Source: Octopus vulgaris (Eukaryota). Taken from it: a DNA stretch of 64,000 nt. The stretch covers positions 40,300,001 through 40,364,000 of the forward strand of contig OX597819.1 in NCBI GenBank assembly GCA_951406725.2, in the 5' to 3' direction. The notes under the pieces are model-generated. The model saw nothing but the letters and a program-made list of their open reading frames with translations. It was not told the DNA's origin and made no database searches. This document shows, in pieces, positions 1 to 13,179 of the stretch. Position 1 is the first letter of the stretch; every line of letters starts with the position of its first letter. Both the position numbers and the translations under genes were made by a program.

Positions 1-89
1 TTAAGCAATAACGTGTATATATTTTTAAGGTAAGAAAGATCTCCAATATGCATGTTATACATCCATGTGTGTGTATACATATATATATT

Positions 90-285
90 GGTTTCAAATT
101 TTGGTGCATGGCCAGCAATTCGGGGGTAGAGTAAGTCGATTACATAGACCCTAGTGCTCACCTGGTATTTATTTAATCAACATTGAAAGGATGAAGAGAA
201 AAGTCGACCTTAGTGGAATTTGAACTCAGAATGTAAAGACGTAAAGCATGCCCATCATGCTAACAATTCTGCCAGCTCACCACCT
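90..285 (-). mobile_element. tRNA-derived SINE, family B (GCCTTTCATCCTTTCGGGGTCGA core)
   Basis: Reverse complement has the head ggtgagctggcagaattgttagc, B-box-like gagttcaaattcc and the core shared with about 15 other copies in the window. Confidence 0.75.
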
Positions 286-418
286 CGTATACATATATAT
301 TTATATGTATGTCTGTGTAGGTTGGACATACAATATATTCCAAATCTGTGATTAAAGTGTAAGTCAAAATAATTAAACTGAAAATAAAAGTATGACAGCA
401 AAATTAATGTAGTAAAGG

Positions 419-791
419 TTGTTGTTGTTGTTGGCATCCTTTTTGTCTCGGGGAAACAATGGAGTTGCTCATAAAATAATCTAGTCAGGCTTTTACATTT
501 CATGTCCTAATACATTTCCTGCTGTGGCTGTGTAGTCCTATCCTGGACAAATACTCCCTCTAGCAGGTGCTGCAAATGTAGCGAAAACTTTTCCTGGCTG
601 GTTGTAATGTCATACTTTCTTGTTGATGTCTTTTCTTGTCTTTCCATTTCTCCTCTCTCTCTCTGTCACTCCTTTGTGTTCCTTCTTTTACAGTGCATCA
701 CCAATCTCCACGGTTGCTGGCAACTGCTTCCCAGTTGCTAATATAGATGTTGCAGACCTTCATGTCCCTTTTGCAAACGTCCTTGTGTTGA
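419..791 (-). mobile_element. RTE (BovB-like) LINE 3' end, decayed
   Basis: Minus strand reads KDVCKRDMKVCNI..NWEAVASNRGDW..ICSTC*REYLSRIGLHSHSRKC (C-terminal C2H2-like motif), then a short UTR and a (CAA)n tail. Confidence 0.7.
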
Positions 792-1299
792 ATACCTTGT
801 AGTAAAGGTATTCAACACAAAATGTTATTTTCTTTCACAATATGCAAATATTAAAATTTGTAACAACCATATACCTTAGCAGTAATGGAGTAAGTGTATG
901 TAAAATCCATAATTCTCTTACACATACATGCCACATGCTTGTACTCATTTAAACTTGCACATACGCATGCATTTTTTTCCTTCTTGATTGTGCATCAAAT
1001 CCAATTATGATTCTAAGAATGATGGACAGTACACCTTCTCCTCAACTTACAACTCAAGTTCTGTTCCAACTGACTGGTTGTAAGTCAATCTGGTCATATG
1101 GTGGATTCATATTTTTCAACATTATTTTCATTCTTGCAGTTGATGCTTGAAATCAACTGAGTGAAAGACTGGTAGGCAGTGGATGCTTAGGCCTGAGTGA
1201 GGCCTGCATTGCCAGATGCTGCCATAGTTATCATTCATGCAACTGCCCAACGTCCAAAATTTTATTTATTTATTTATTTTTTGTGGTCATAAGTCACAT

Positions 1300-1683
1300 A
1301 CTCTTTACTCTCTTTTACTTGTTTCAGTCATTTGACTGTGACCATGCTGGAGCACTGCCATTGGTTGAGCAAATCGACCCCAGGACTTATTCTTTGTAAG
1401 CCTAGTACTTATTCTATCGGTCTCTTTTGCCAAACCACTAAGTTACAGGGGACGTAAACACACCACCATCAGTTGTCAAGCGATGTTGGGGGAACAAACA
1501 CATACACACATACATATAAACGACGGGCTTCTTTCAGTTTCCGTTTACCAAATCCACTCACAAGGCTTTGGTCAGCCCGAGGCTATAGTAGAAGACACTT
1601 GCTCAAGGTGCCACGCAGTGGGAATGAACCTGGAACCATGTGGTTGGTAAGCAAGCTACTTACCACACAGCCACTCCTGGCGC
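1300..1683 (-). mobile_element. tRNA-derived CORE-type SINE, family A (OR-like), full length
   Basis: Head gcaggagtggctgtgtggtaag..gggttcagtccc, CORE-like accttg(a/g)gcaagtgtctt, internal TA/TG microsatellite, tail tgactgaaacaagtaaaagag. Confidence 0.85.
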
Positions 1684-2047
1684 ATAGGTCATAAGTCAAG
1701 GAGAAAGTGTATTTGGTATCCAGTGCAGGAATGACAGATTTTGCAGCATATATAGATAATAGATAATGTTTGTTTTGGCAGAAAGCAGTCATGGTTTTGT
1801 GCTCTTGAAATCTTCTATCTTGTTTCAGTCATTTGACTGCGGGCCTGCTGGGGCACTGTCTTGAAGGGTTCTAGTTGAACAAATCAACCCTAGGACATTT
1901 TTTTTTTAAGTCCTGTACTTATTTTATCAGTCTCTTTTGCTGAACTGCTAAGTTACAGGGACATAAACACGCCAACACCAGTTGTCAAGTGGGGGTGAGG
2001 GGTCAAACACAAAAACATGCACAAGTAAATATATATACATATATATA

Positions 2048-2912
2048 TTGGATAATCCCATAAATAATGCTTTTTTTTTTCAATTGCATGAACTAAAAGT
2101 TGGAGTGGTATTGGATAAGCTACCTGTATCAACTTGCTATAAAAGCAAGTAGTAATTTTACCTTGTCCTTATTCTTAGTGCAAGCTTTGAAGAGTGCAGT
2201 TCAATTTTAACAGTTATTTTTTCAAAGCTATAATGGAAGCGACAAAGGAGCATATTCGGCTTATTTTGCTTTATGAGTTCAACAAAGGCAACAACACAAC
2301 AGAAAGTGGGAGGAATATTAATGCAGTATATGGGAATCAGACAATAAATGTAAGCCAGTGTCAACAGTGGTTCCAGAAGTTCTGAGTCGGAAACTATAGC
2401 TTAGAAGACGAGCCTCATCCTGAAAGATCTGTAGAGCTTGACAAGGACGTCCTGCAAATCTTGGTGGAACAAAATTCCATTGTAACTATTGAGGAACTAG
2501 CAGAGAAGCTTGGATTTGGTCATTCAATCATTCATCAACCTGTGCATGCCATCGGAAAAGTCAGCAAATTGGGTCAATAGGTTCCTCAAACTTTCCAAGT
2601 CTAATCACGCACAGACAGCGAATGTGTGCTCTTCTTTGCTGTCAAATCTCATGAATGAACCTTTTTTGAACCAAATAGTAACTGGTGATGAGAAATGGGT
2701 TCTCTATAAAAATGTCAAGCACCAAAGACAGGAGAAACACTGGCACCCCAGGCAAAAGTAAGGTGTTGTTATCTGTTTGATGGGATATGAAAGGTTTAGT
2801 CCACTTTCAACTTTTAATCCCAAACTAAATGATAACAAAGGAGATCTACTGCGAGCAGCTTGAGCCGTTTAAGTTAGCGCTAAAAGAAAAACGACTATCT
2901 TTAGTTTCAAGA
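2048..2912 (+). pseudogene. mariner transposase relic with 5' end
   Basis: TA then ttggataatccc..; MEATKEHIRLILLYEF..QCQQWFQKF (HTH), FLNQIVTGDEKWVLY (first catalytic D), IYCEQL block; stops and frameshifts, 3' truncated. Confidence 0.9.
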
Positions 2913-4206
2913 TGATGGTTTTGTCCATGTCCTTCATTTTAATATTGCATCTGTTCATCTTAGAAGAACTCTTGCTGGATTCTACCATATAGAATTAAAC
3001 AGCAGTCACCCTTAGAACATGCACAATTAGTGCTAGGCAATCAATGAGTTTAATAATTTAGCTGTGAAAGGCAGTGAGCTAACAGAATCGTTACCCAACC
3101 AAACAAAATACTTAGCTGCATTTCTTCTATTGTTACATTCTGAGTTCAAATGCCACCAAGACTGGCTTTGCCTTTCGTCCCTTTGGGGTCAATAAAATAA
3201 ATGCCAGTTGATCACCAGGGTCGATGTAATTGACTTACCCCCTCCTCAAAATTGTGGGTCTTATGCCAAAATATTGTAGCCAGTAATTTTACTGCCAGAA
3301 TCTTGTGCCAAGGAGTATTTTTAATATTAGTATTAGTATTAGCCAGACTAACACACCTGGTGATTCTTTCAAAGATTTTGGGAAGAATTTCTTTTATTTT
3401 TCCTTTTTGTTTTAGTCTGGCTGTGACCATACTGGGGCACCCACCTTGAAGTATAGTCAAACAAGTCACACACTCACACTCCCTGCTCCCCAGTACTTAT
3501 CTTTTTTTAAGCGTGGTACTTATTCTATCAGGCTCATTTTGCTGAATTGCTAAGTTACAAGAACATAAACAAACCAATACCAGCTGTCAAGTAGTGGTGG
3601 AGGGAACAAATGCAGAGACACACAAGTACATATATGCACACACACACACACAACAGGTTTTCTCTGAGTTTCTGTCTACCAAATTCATTTCTCAAAGTAT
3701 TCATCAGCCTTGGGCTGTAGTAGAAGACACTTTCTAAGTTGGCTATTTCACTGTGATAAAGCAGTGTCAGCATCATCATCATCATCATTCTGTCTTCCAT
3801 GCTGGCATGGGTTGGGCAGTTCAACATGAACTGACGAATCAGTGACTTGTGCCCAGTTCCAGTGTCTATTTCAGCACGGCTTTTACAGCTAGAGGCTCTT
3901 CCTAACATCAACCACTTCACAGAGTGTACTGGATGCTTTACTCATGGCACCAGCACTGGTGAGGTCACCAAGTTCTCACAAGGCAAGATCCTTGAGTGAG
4001 ATACAGTATTGAGGGATATAAAAAGTATAATGGAAGGACAACAGTAGGTGTTCCGATGAAGAGGTGAATACGTAGTGTCCCTATTTGGAAAGAGAGAGAT
4101 GAGATCATGGTACAATGTGAATGTAAAAGAGAACAGAGGTACAGAAAAGTGTTTTTATTAAGATTAACTGATTTTGAGATATTTATTAACTGAAGATAAT
4201 TTTGTA

Positions 4207-4483
4207 ATATTCTGTTGTGTCTGAGGAGAGTCATTTTTTTGTTTTGTGCCTTATAATTTAACACACTCACTAGTAAAATTTCCACTTATTTCTTTTTTAT
4301 TTTCCTAAATTTTCATTATATCTTGCAATCTTTTCAATAGAGTCAAGACTATTGAAAAGGTTGCAAGACGCAATGAAAATTTTAGGAAAATAGAAATAAG
4401 AAGTAAGTGAAAATTATACCGGTGAGTGTGTTACATTATAAGGCACAAAAAGAAAATGACTCTCCTTAAACACAATAGAATAT
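4207..4483. repeat. Long near-perfect palindrome (about 134-bp arms, about 8-bp spacer)
   Basis: atattctgttgtg..ttttcaatag / agtcaaga / ctattgaaaa..cacaatagaatat. Confidence 0.95.
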
Positions 4484-5101
4484 GCTTCAACACACGAACC
4501 CATATAAAGAATCTTGCAAACCAAATCCAAAGACGAAATTTTGTAACAGCTTTTCCTTTTTGTTTTGTATTTTCAAACTCAAATTAATATCTGCTCATTT
4601 GTATAAGGAAAGACAGGCATGGCTGTGTAATAAGAAGCTTGATTCCCAACCACATGGTTCAGGGTTCAGTCCCACTGCATGGTACCTTGTCCAAGTGTCT
4701 TCTACTACAGCTTTGGACTGACTAAAGCCTTGTGAGTTAGATGGAAACTGTAAGAAACCCATCGTGTGTGTGTGTGTGTACATGCAATGCAAACTCTGCA
4801 CATGGATACGTTACAGAAAGCTCAACAACAAAACAAGTTTATTTACAAGATATTTGATGACTTATATGAATAAACACTCACTTTATATTGCTTTCTCAAT
4901 GTATACACATGTACAAACACACACACGCATGGCCAAGAGAAAAGCTCATTTGGATTGTATTAGGAGACATGTATTAGCTTAGGACTTTTCTTAATGTATT
5001 ATTTGTTTGATGTTTTATAAACAGTGAGCATTATTATTAAGTTCTCTCACTGCAGGTTTTTAAGTGAAGTTTGTTTATAAAATATTTGATTATTTATATA
5101 T

Positions 5102-5288
5102 CAGTGCTTCGCAACCTTTTTTAACTTGTGGTACACTTATATTCTTTTCAAAATTTGGCGGCCCACCTGAACTAAAAATATAAGTAAAAATGTAGGGGAA
5201 AAAAATTATATTTAGGTTACACTGCGGCACACCTAGTGCCATCTCATGGCACACCAGTGTGTCACAGTGTACCGGTTGTGGAGCACTA
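5102..5288. mobile_element. hAT/Charlie-like MITE
   Basis: Imperfect TIRs cagtgcttcgcaacc / ggttgtggagcacta; subterminal ggcacacc motifs; no clean 8-bp TSD. Confidence 0.6.
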
Positions 5289-5298
5289 ACTATGAATA

Positions 5299-5531
5299 AG
5301 GCGGTGAGCTGGCAGAATTGTTAGCACACCGGGTGAAATGCTTTGCGGTATTTCGTCTGCTGTTATGTTCTGAGTTCAAATTCCCCCGAGGTCGACTTTG
5401 CCTTTCATCCTTTCGGGGTCGATTAAATAAGTACCAGTTACTCACTGGTGTCAATATAATCGACTAAATCTGTTTGTCTGTCCTTGTTTGTCCCCTCTGT
5501 GTTTAGGCCCTTGTGGGTAGTAAAGAAATAA
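5299..5531 (+). mobile_element. SINE family B, full length
   Basis: aggcggtgagctggcag..gagttcaaattcc..gcctttcatcctttcggggtcga..gtaaagaaata; flanked by tatgaataag direct repeats. Confidence 0.85.
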
Positions 5532-5588
5532 CTTATATGAATAAGTACTCACTTTGTTTTGTTTTCTCAATATATACACTCACATTTA

Positions 5589-5805
5589 AGGTGGCGAGCT
5601 GGCACAAGCATTAGCACACTGGGTGAAATATTTAGCAGTATTTCATGTGTCTTTATGTACTGAGTTCAAATTCCACCGAGGTCGACTTTGCCTTTCATCC
5701 TCTCAGGGTCGATAAATTAAGTACCAGTTACATACTGGGGTTTATCTAATCAACTGACCCCGTCCCCAAAAATTTTGGGCCCTGTGCCTAGAGTAGAAAA
5801 GAATA
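5589..5805 (+). mobile_element. SINE family B, alternative tail
   Basis: Same head and core, tail gtgcctagagtagaaaagaat. Confidence 0.8.
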
Positions 5806-6990
5806 TATATACACACACACATACACATGTCATTGCTGTTGATTAACTCCAGTGACCTCCTGCATGAGCAGATATATGGCACAGAGCTGGCCCAATGCTA
5901 AAGGTTTTGGTTGGTTGGTCAGTTGGTTGATTTACATTATTGTTAAGTTGTCTCACTGCAGGTTTTAAGTGAAAAAAATCCATGTGAAATTGCATAAAAT
6001 ACCTGAGGCATAATGTGAATGTAGTTTATGAAGACGAGCTGATATTGAGCAACTTAAATGAGAAGTGTTCAGTTCAGTGTAATAATTATTGTTAGTCTAC
6101 TTGAAATAACTTGATGTAGTAGTTGTGTATGTAAGGTGCATTCTGTATCATGCGTGTTATTTAGGGACTTCATTTTTCTTTTCCATCTTGTCATTCACAT
6201 TTCCTGTTAATCTCATTTTGTTAACCAAGTTTCAAGACTCATGGTGAAGCAAAGATCTCACCACAGAAGTTAGATTATGTTCAGACTGGTAACTGGTAAT
6301 TTCATTATTTTAATTGGAACTCTAAAGATGGACTACTGGTTACTGTTACAGCTATCAGACTTTCTATGAAATTGGTAATAAACACTTTTTGTTTTGTTTT
6401 TTAACAATGACATACTTTCAGAACTGAATGATTAAAGTCTATTTCCAAAAGTTACCAGTGTAAGAATGACTAATAATGACTAATAATGACTGTCTCATTG
6501 TTGAATCTGAAATGTTGCCTAAATCTGATGAAGACATAATAAATTGGAAATGGTAACTGTTAATTCCCTTCTGTGATAGAGATACCAACTTTGTGGATAG
6601 AGACTGATAACTAACATCGTGTGTCAAAGGTTACTCAATTACCCAGAACATATTGAAAGGATGAAAGAGATGGAGAAAGAAATACAACAATATTTTTAAT
6701 AATTTTATTTTTAGTAAAACATTCTTATATCATTGTTGTTACATTGTTTTTTTTAATTTTTTAGTGTTTCTTCACTGGGTCCAAACCAATATTATCTATC
6801 AAAATTTGTATTTTAATTTTTTATTGTTTTTACTTTTTTTTTTTACTTTCAAGCAGTTGCTTTATTTTGTATTTCTACATTTCTTCTTCAACTAGTTTCA
6901 AATCCAAATCTGTTTATTTTCACTTCTTACAAAAAAAAAAAAAATGTTCACTTCATCCTATGTACAGAAAATTCTATTTAATATTCTATG

Positions 6991-7147
6991 TAACCCTTTT
7001 AATACAAACCCACCAGAGACTTCCCTTGGTTCTATTGTACAAAAATAAACAGTCACATCAATAAAACCTCAAAGCATGATTAATTAAAAATAATGGGAAT
7101 AGATAAGCATTATATTTGACAGAGTAATCTGAATGCTAAAGAGTTAA
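6991..7147. mobile_element. piggyBac-like MITE (TTAA ends), internally deleted
   Basis: taaccctttt..ctgaatgctaaagagttaa; homologous to 31566-32272, 57760-57869 and 62357-62900. Confidence 0.55.
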
Positions 7148-7261
7148 AATTATCTAAATTTATATTCCCATGAAAATTTCATGTTAAATCATGTTCCAAA
7201 CATCAGCTAAATAATGAAAAAGTTATTTTACTATATTCTTCATTATTCTCAAAATTAATTG

Positions 7262-7318
<57 letters not shown>

Positions 7319-7319
<1 letters not shown>

Positions 7320-7541
7320 GTTTTATTTATTTTGCACATTACTTAATCATCGGTATATTATTGTTATTTTATATTTCTATTATATGTAATTTTCTAGATG
7401 GTGTAATTTAATTGTTCATTTTGAATTGATAAAAGGTGGTTTTTTCTTATTTTTATATATATATTATATTTTGTGAAATTTGATTTAGTATTTCTAAATT
7501 GAATTTTTCCCTGTAAGTTAGGAATAATATTCCCTCAAATT

Positions 7542-7545
<4 letters not shown>
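7319..7545 (+). repeat. AT-rich dispersed repeat next to (TA)n; inverted copy at 41878-42045
   Basis: ttttctagatggtgtaatttaattgttcattttgaattgataaaaggtggttttt is the reverse complement of the 41.9-kb segment. Confidence 0.85.
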
Positions 7546-7571
<26 letters not shown>

Positions 7572-7572
<1 letters not shown>

Positions 7573-7972
7573 TCTTTCTTTTATTCTTTTACTTGTTTCA
7601 GTCATTTGACTGGCCATGCTGGAGCGCTGCCTTTAGTCGAGCAAATCGACCCCAGGACTTATTCTTTGTAAGCCTAGTACTTATTCTATCAGTCTCTTTT
7701 TGCCGAACTGCTATGTCACAGGGACGTAAACACACCGGCATCGTTTGTCAAGCAATGTTGGAGGGACAAGCACAGACACACAAACATATACACACACATA
7801 CATATATGTGACAGGCTTCTTTCAGTTTCCGTCTATCAAATCCACTCACAAGGCTTTGGTCGGCCCGAGGCTATAGTAGAAGACACTTGCCCAAGGTGTC
7901 ACGCAGTGGGACTGAACCCGGAACCATGTGGCTGGTAAGCAAGTTACTAACCAAACAGCCACTCCTGCGCCT
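7572..7972 (-). mobile_element. SINE family A, full length, in (TA)n
   Basis: Complete head-to-tail match to the family A consensus. Confidence 0.9.
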
Positions 7973-8879
7973 GTATATATATATAATATGCATGAAGCCT
8001 GAGCAGCCCTTCAGCTAGTCAGCTTCTGGTAAATAATCCAGCCCATGCCAGCATGGAAAACACACATTAAATGATGATAATGATGAGACAATATGCATAT
8101 ATATATATATATTCATAACAAAAGAGTCTGGATGTTTCCACACAGGAAAAAAATATAGGGAAATGTGTTGTTGAAAATGCAGCTAAATTTCAAAAACTTG
8201 TAAATGTTTAAAATACATTTATTTACAAATATATCAATGGTAAAAGTTTGAAGTTATGAATTAGAAAAACGTCTTTAAAAGTTTCAATGTTGACAAATTA
8301 ACATGTTCAAAACAGATGAATTTAGCATTATGAGTTAGGAGGACAGGTGCAAGTTTGAATGTTCATAGCAGTCAATAATATTAAAACTGTAAATCAATTT
8401 GTTTGAATGTACAAAGTTCATTAATGTTAGTCATGATCAACAAGTCTACTGAGTTAAGAGTGGGGTAAAAACAAGGGAGAAATGAAAATAGGAAAAAAGG
8501 GGAATTTGGTTTACAGTTTCTCTGATCCTTTTTCTGTAAATGCTTTCACTTGTAGTGGTATGTTTTGGGATCAGATGTATTTATAATTTTTTCCACAAGC
8601 AGATCTGATGTTTGATTCGTTAAGCTTGTTGTTCTGCTTATATATACCCTACTAGCACGGGGCTCAAGTGCCAGTAGTGCGACGCTGGTAATGATCACGC
8701 TCGAATGGTGCCTTTTAAGTGCCACTGGCACGGAAGCCGGTTAGCCACTCTGTCAATGATCACACTCGTATGGTGCTCTTTGCACCCCGCTAGCATGGAT
8801 GCCAGTCATCGAAACTCATCAGTAAATAGCTGGCTGTTAATACTAGATCTTATCCCAGTGAAGTATGTACCTTTCAACA

Positions 8880-10790
8880 TAGACTAGTGATTTGTAACAT
8901 CAGAGTAAGGGCTAAATGGACTCAAACAGCAAAACAATCCAGAAAAGGAAGGCTTGGAAAATTGAAAGATGTGACTATACAGAAAGCTATGCAATCCCAA
9001 CAGCAAAAAGGAGGAGATAAAGACTTAAGCATGAAGTTAAGTGAGAATCTCTACAAGTCAATCTGGCTGAGAGCTACAGACCAGTTCTATGGGTACAACA
9101 AGGTGGAAAGTGAAACTGGTGGGATAATACAGTAGATAGAGAATTAAAGACTCAGAGACAGGCCCAGAAAGAACAGAAGAAAGGCAGAGGACAAAGTACA
9201 CAACCAGGAAGCTAATTGAGAAGCTGAGAGTTGGTGAGATCAGAGCTATGAGGTACTTATAATTGTATTAGGCTGAATCAGAATATCATTGGTGAAAATG
9301 TGCAAGGAATGATAAGTGACACACTCAGTTTCCCTGAAGAAAGAGACATGGAAATGTTACAAGAGCTTGTAGAAGCAGGGAGAGAGAGGAACTGCTTCAA
9401 ATAGACTCATCAGAGGGACTATCTATTGACGTTAACAGCTTTATGTATGTAAGGTCCATTACAAATATGAAGGCAGAGGAAGTGGCCAGACTATCAGAGA
9501 TAATTACTAAAGTGCAGAAAATATCCTGCTATGTAGGATATGTGCTAATTACTTGCATAGTTAATTAGGTTGTTCAGGGAGTTATCATTCTCAGTACTTG
9601 GTGTAGCAGTATTATCAACAACCACTACAAAGGCAAATGAGATGCTCTAGAAAGAAGCAACTATTAAGGTATCAAAATGATGGACCAAGTTAGGAAAGAA
9701 GCAAAGGGAGGCATAGTTTAGCTGATTTGTAAGAAAATTAACTTAGATGAGAAGCAGTTCGGATTTGTGTCAGGGCAGTACACAATCAGTGCCCTCTTCT
9801 CAGGAGAAATTCTTAATCAAAAAACAAATCACTGAACCTTACATTCGCTGAGCTGAAGAAGACTTTTGACAGGGGTCCATGACCTGTAGTCTAGTGGTCA
9901 TTGAGAAGTTAGCAATGAGTTCAATAAAGAACTGAGTGTACATATAGGTTCTCAACCTGTTTCTATTCTCCAAGCCATACAGATGAGTTTAAGAATGGTG
10001 ATTCATAGGAACTTCTGCTTGTTGCTGACCAAGTTCTCATAGTTGATTCAGTCAAAGAATGGACAGAAAAGTTCTGAAGAAAGAAGCAAAATTGAAAATC
10101 AAGAAGTCTGAAAGTAAAACAAGCAAAGGCCACTGAACTTGGTTTTGGTAAGTGGCTATGACTCATACAGAAAAGATGTAGGGATGAAATGTATATTGTG
10201 TACCCAATGTACACCAAGGGTGCACAAGAGATGTAATGATATCACAGGCAGACCAACTGGAAAAGAAGGACATTATAAGAAAAAAAATGTTCAGGATTAG
10301 TTAGCAAAAAGAGCACCTTTGAAATGCTTTCCTAAATATGGACAGTTTTTGCTATGTAAGTGACCCAGTCAGCAGTGAAGACTAATGTTTTCAAAAGCAT
10401 AGTAGAGAAGTCATTATGAGATGGAAAAGTTAAAGAGTTTATTATTCCTGGTAGCAAGAAGGATTCTCTCTCCAAGTAAAGGATGGATTGAGTGATGCTT
10501 AAGAACAACTCATAGCATTGCATGTGATGACTTGAAAGAAATGAGGCTAGCAAGCTCCACTAGTGTAATGTTAGTGTGCATGAATGATGGAGCTGAGAGA
10601 AAGAGAAACCTGTAATGAGAAAGAGGGAAGACAGTGCAAATAAAGTGAGTGATGGTTGTATTGGGCATGAGAGAAACTGGTATTGTTACAGACATCTGAG
10701 GCATATGGAGAATTACAATTGGGTAAAGAAGTGCCAAGTGATCTAAGCAGAAGAGAAAGAGGTGGTGAATGCTGAAACACATGAAGGAGA
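8880..10790 (+). pseudogene. Heavily decayed RTE-clade ORF2 (reverse transcriptase)
   Basis: Remnant motifs GIKMMDQV, LDEKQFGFVSG (QFGF), FAELKKTFDR (DLEKAFD) in collinear order, many stops. Confidence 0.75.
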
Positions 10791-10848
10791 TTTATGAACC
10801 ATGTGGATGGGAAGCAAGCTTCTTACCACACAGCCACGACCGCACCTA

Positions 10849-11370
10849 TATGTATGTATGTATGTGTGTGTGTGTTTGTGTGTATGTATGTGTGTATGTA
10901 TGTATGTATGTGTGTGTGTGTGTGTATGTATATGTGTATATATGAATGTATGTACGTACATATGTATGTATATATGTATGATGTATCCATGCATACATGC
11001 ATGCATGTATGTATGTATGTATGTGTGTATGTATGTACGTATGTATAAATGTGTATGTGCATATATGAATGTACATACATATGTACGTATGTATGTATGT
11101 GTGTATGTATAGATCTATGTAAGTATGCATGCATGCATGTATGTATGTATATATGTATGCATGCATGTATGAATGAATGTATGTATGTGTGTGTGTATGC
11201 ATGTATGTATGTTTGTATGTATGTATGTATGTATGAATGTATGTATGCATGTGTGTATGTATGTATGTATGTACGTATGTATGTGTGTATGTATGTATGT
11301 ATGTATGTATGTATGTATGTATGTATGTATGTATGTATGTATGTATGTGTGTGTGTATGTATATATGTTA
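10849..11370. repeat. Compound (TATG)n/(TG)n microsatellite, about 520 bp
   Basis: Directly visible; source of the YVCM/HTYI ORFs. Confidence 0.98.
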
Positions 11371-11473
11371 CTATGCATTACTCATGTTCAGAATTTTAGA
11401 AGCTTTGAGCATGGCCTGCAGTCAAATGACTGAAACAAGTAGTAGAATAAAAGAACACACACATATATATATA

Positions 11474-11858
11474 CTAGCAGTATCGCCCGGCGTTGCTCAG
11501 GTTTGTAAGGGAAATAACTATAAAGCATTTTTAGAGAGTTATAGCCAAAGAATAGCAAAAAAATGGAAAAAAATGATGGTAAATTTTTTTTCGATAGTTA
11601 AAAAAGGTGGAGTTGCGTCCCCTACACAGTTTGTGGTTTGTGTTCCTGATTCTCGACCCCATGTCGAATTTATCGATTTTTTTCAGAACTGGGAGAACTT
11701 TTCAAAATTTTCACTGCGTTAGTTTTGAATTATGACATTGGGCTATGTGTGTGTCAAGTTTCATCAGAATCGGTTGAAAGCCGTGGTCAGGGTGAGGGTA
11801 CAAGCAAACAGACACACAGAAACACGCACAGACAAACTGCCGTTTATATAGAGAGAGA
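11474..11858 (-). mobile_element. Non-autonomous Helitron
   Basis: Minus strand begins TC(TCTCTCTATATAAACGG) after A, ends with a GC-rich imperfect hairpin (cctgagcaacgccggg) and CTAG before T; no TSD. Confidence 0.85.
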
Positions 11859-12156
11859 TATAAGTCAATGAAAGCTGACAGACAAGTGAGAGGGTCAACA
11901 AGGTGAAAGAATGTTGCTCCTAAATCATTGACAATACAATGATATCCATTGTCCTACTTTTAAGGCCAAGCAAAAATATAACTAATAGAGATTCCGTGTA
12001 CTCAATTCATATTTGCAGTCTGTTCCGAGCTTTGTGGTGTCCTGATCTGCTAGAAATAGCAACCAATTCTCTCAGATCACAGTCTCCCCTCTTGAAAAAA
12101 GAAGGACACATGAGATAATTTAGTTCAAGCTATTCAAAGATAATATAGATAATATA

Positions 12157-12552
12157 GGCGCAGGAGTGGCTATGTGGTAAGTAGTTTGTTTACCAACCAC
12201 ATGGTTCCGGGTTCAGTCCCACTGCATGGCATCTTGGGCAAGTGTCTTCTACTATAGCCTCGGGCCGACCAAGGCCTTGTGAGTGGATTTGGTAGACGGA
12301 AACTGAAAGAAGCCCGTCGTATATATGTATATATATATATATATGCATGTGTGTGTTTGTCCCCCTAGCATTGCTTGACAACCGATGCTGGTGTGTTTAT
12401 GTTCCCGTTACTTAGCGGTTCGGCAAAAGATACTGATAGAATAAGTACTGGGCTTACAAAAGAATAAGTCCCGGGGTTGAGTTGCTTGATTAAAGGCAGT
12501 GCTCCAGCATGGCCGCAGTCAAATGACTGAAACAAGTAAAAGAGTAAAGAGT
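12157..12552 (+). mobile_element. SINE family A, full length
   Basis: ggcgcaggagtggc..gtaaaagagtaaagag. Confidence 0.9.
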
Positions 12553-13179
12553 ATAGTTCAAGTTATCAAAGAAGACCAGCCGGTCATTGCTGGAACACCT
12601 TTAATAGATCTTTAAGATCAGGATTGATTAAGTAGTAAACTGCAATAGCACAGCCCATATCTATTTCTTATTATTATTAAGAGAAGTAAGGCAGCAAGCT
12701 GGCACATCCATTAGAACACTGGACCAAGTGCTTAGCCGCATTTCATCCATCTTTATGTTCTGAACTCATGTTCCACAGAGGTCAGTTTTGTTTTTTATCC
12801 TTTTGGGGTTGATAAAATAAATACCAGTCTGGGGTGGATGTAATCAACTTACCCTTCCTTCCAAAAGACTACTGTTCTTGATCCAAAATTTGAAACCATT
12901 ATTATTTAGAGAAATAATCTTTCATTTTGAGATAACTGCATATGATGAGGTTTTTTGTCTCTGTCTGCCCTAACATCAATTTACGTCTTGATAAAAACAA
13001 AAGCAATACGTAATTTCAAAATGCCCATCAGCTACTGCACTGAATGGATATTGGCTAATTTGTTAAACTAGGCTTTTAATTGTCAGAATGTCAGACAAAA
13101 TGCTTAGAGGCATTTCTTCTAGTTCAGAGGTATTTGAATTCTTCTGAGTTCAAATATTTTCAGAGGAAATCGAATAAGT

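Noticed and set aside
5831-5902. HDV-like or twister ribozyme (also considered for 20030-20205)
   Set aside because: Could not build the required nested pseudoknot pairings by eye
6422-6551. AG..GT-bounded exon candidate
   Set aside because: Stops in all three frames immediately after the acceptor
10743-11722. Stacked YVCM/HTYI ORFs (also at 23.2, 25.1, 49.6, 53.4 and 56.0 kb)
   Set aside because: Microsatellites lacking stop codons
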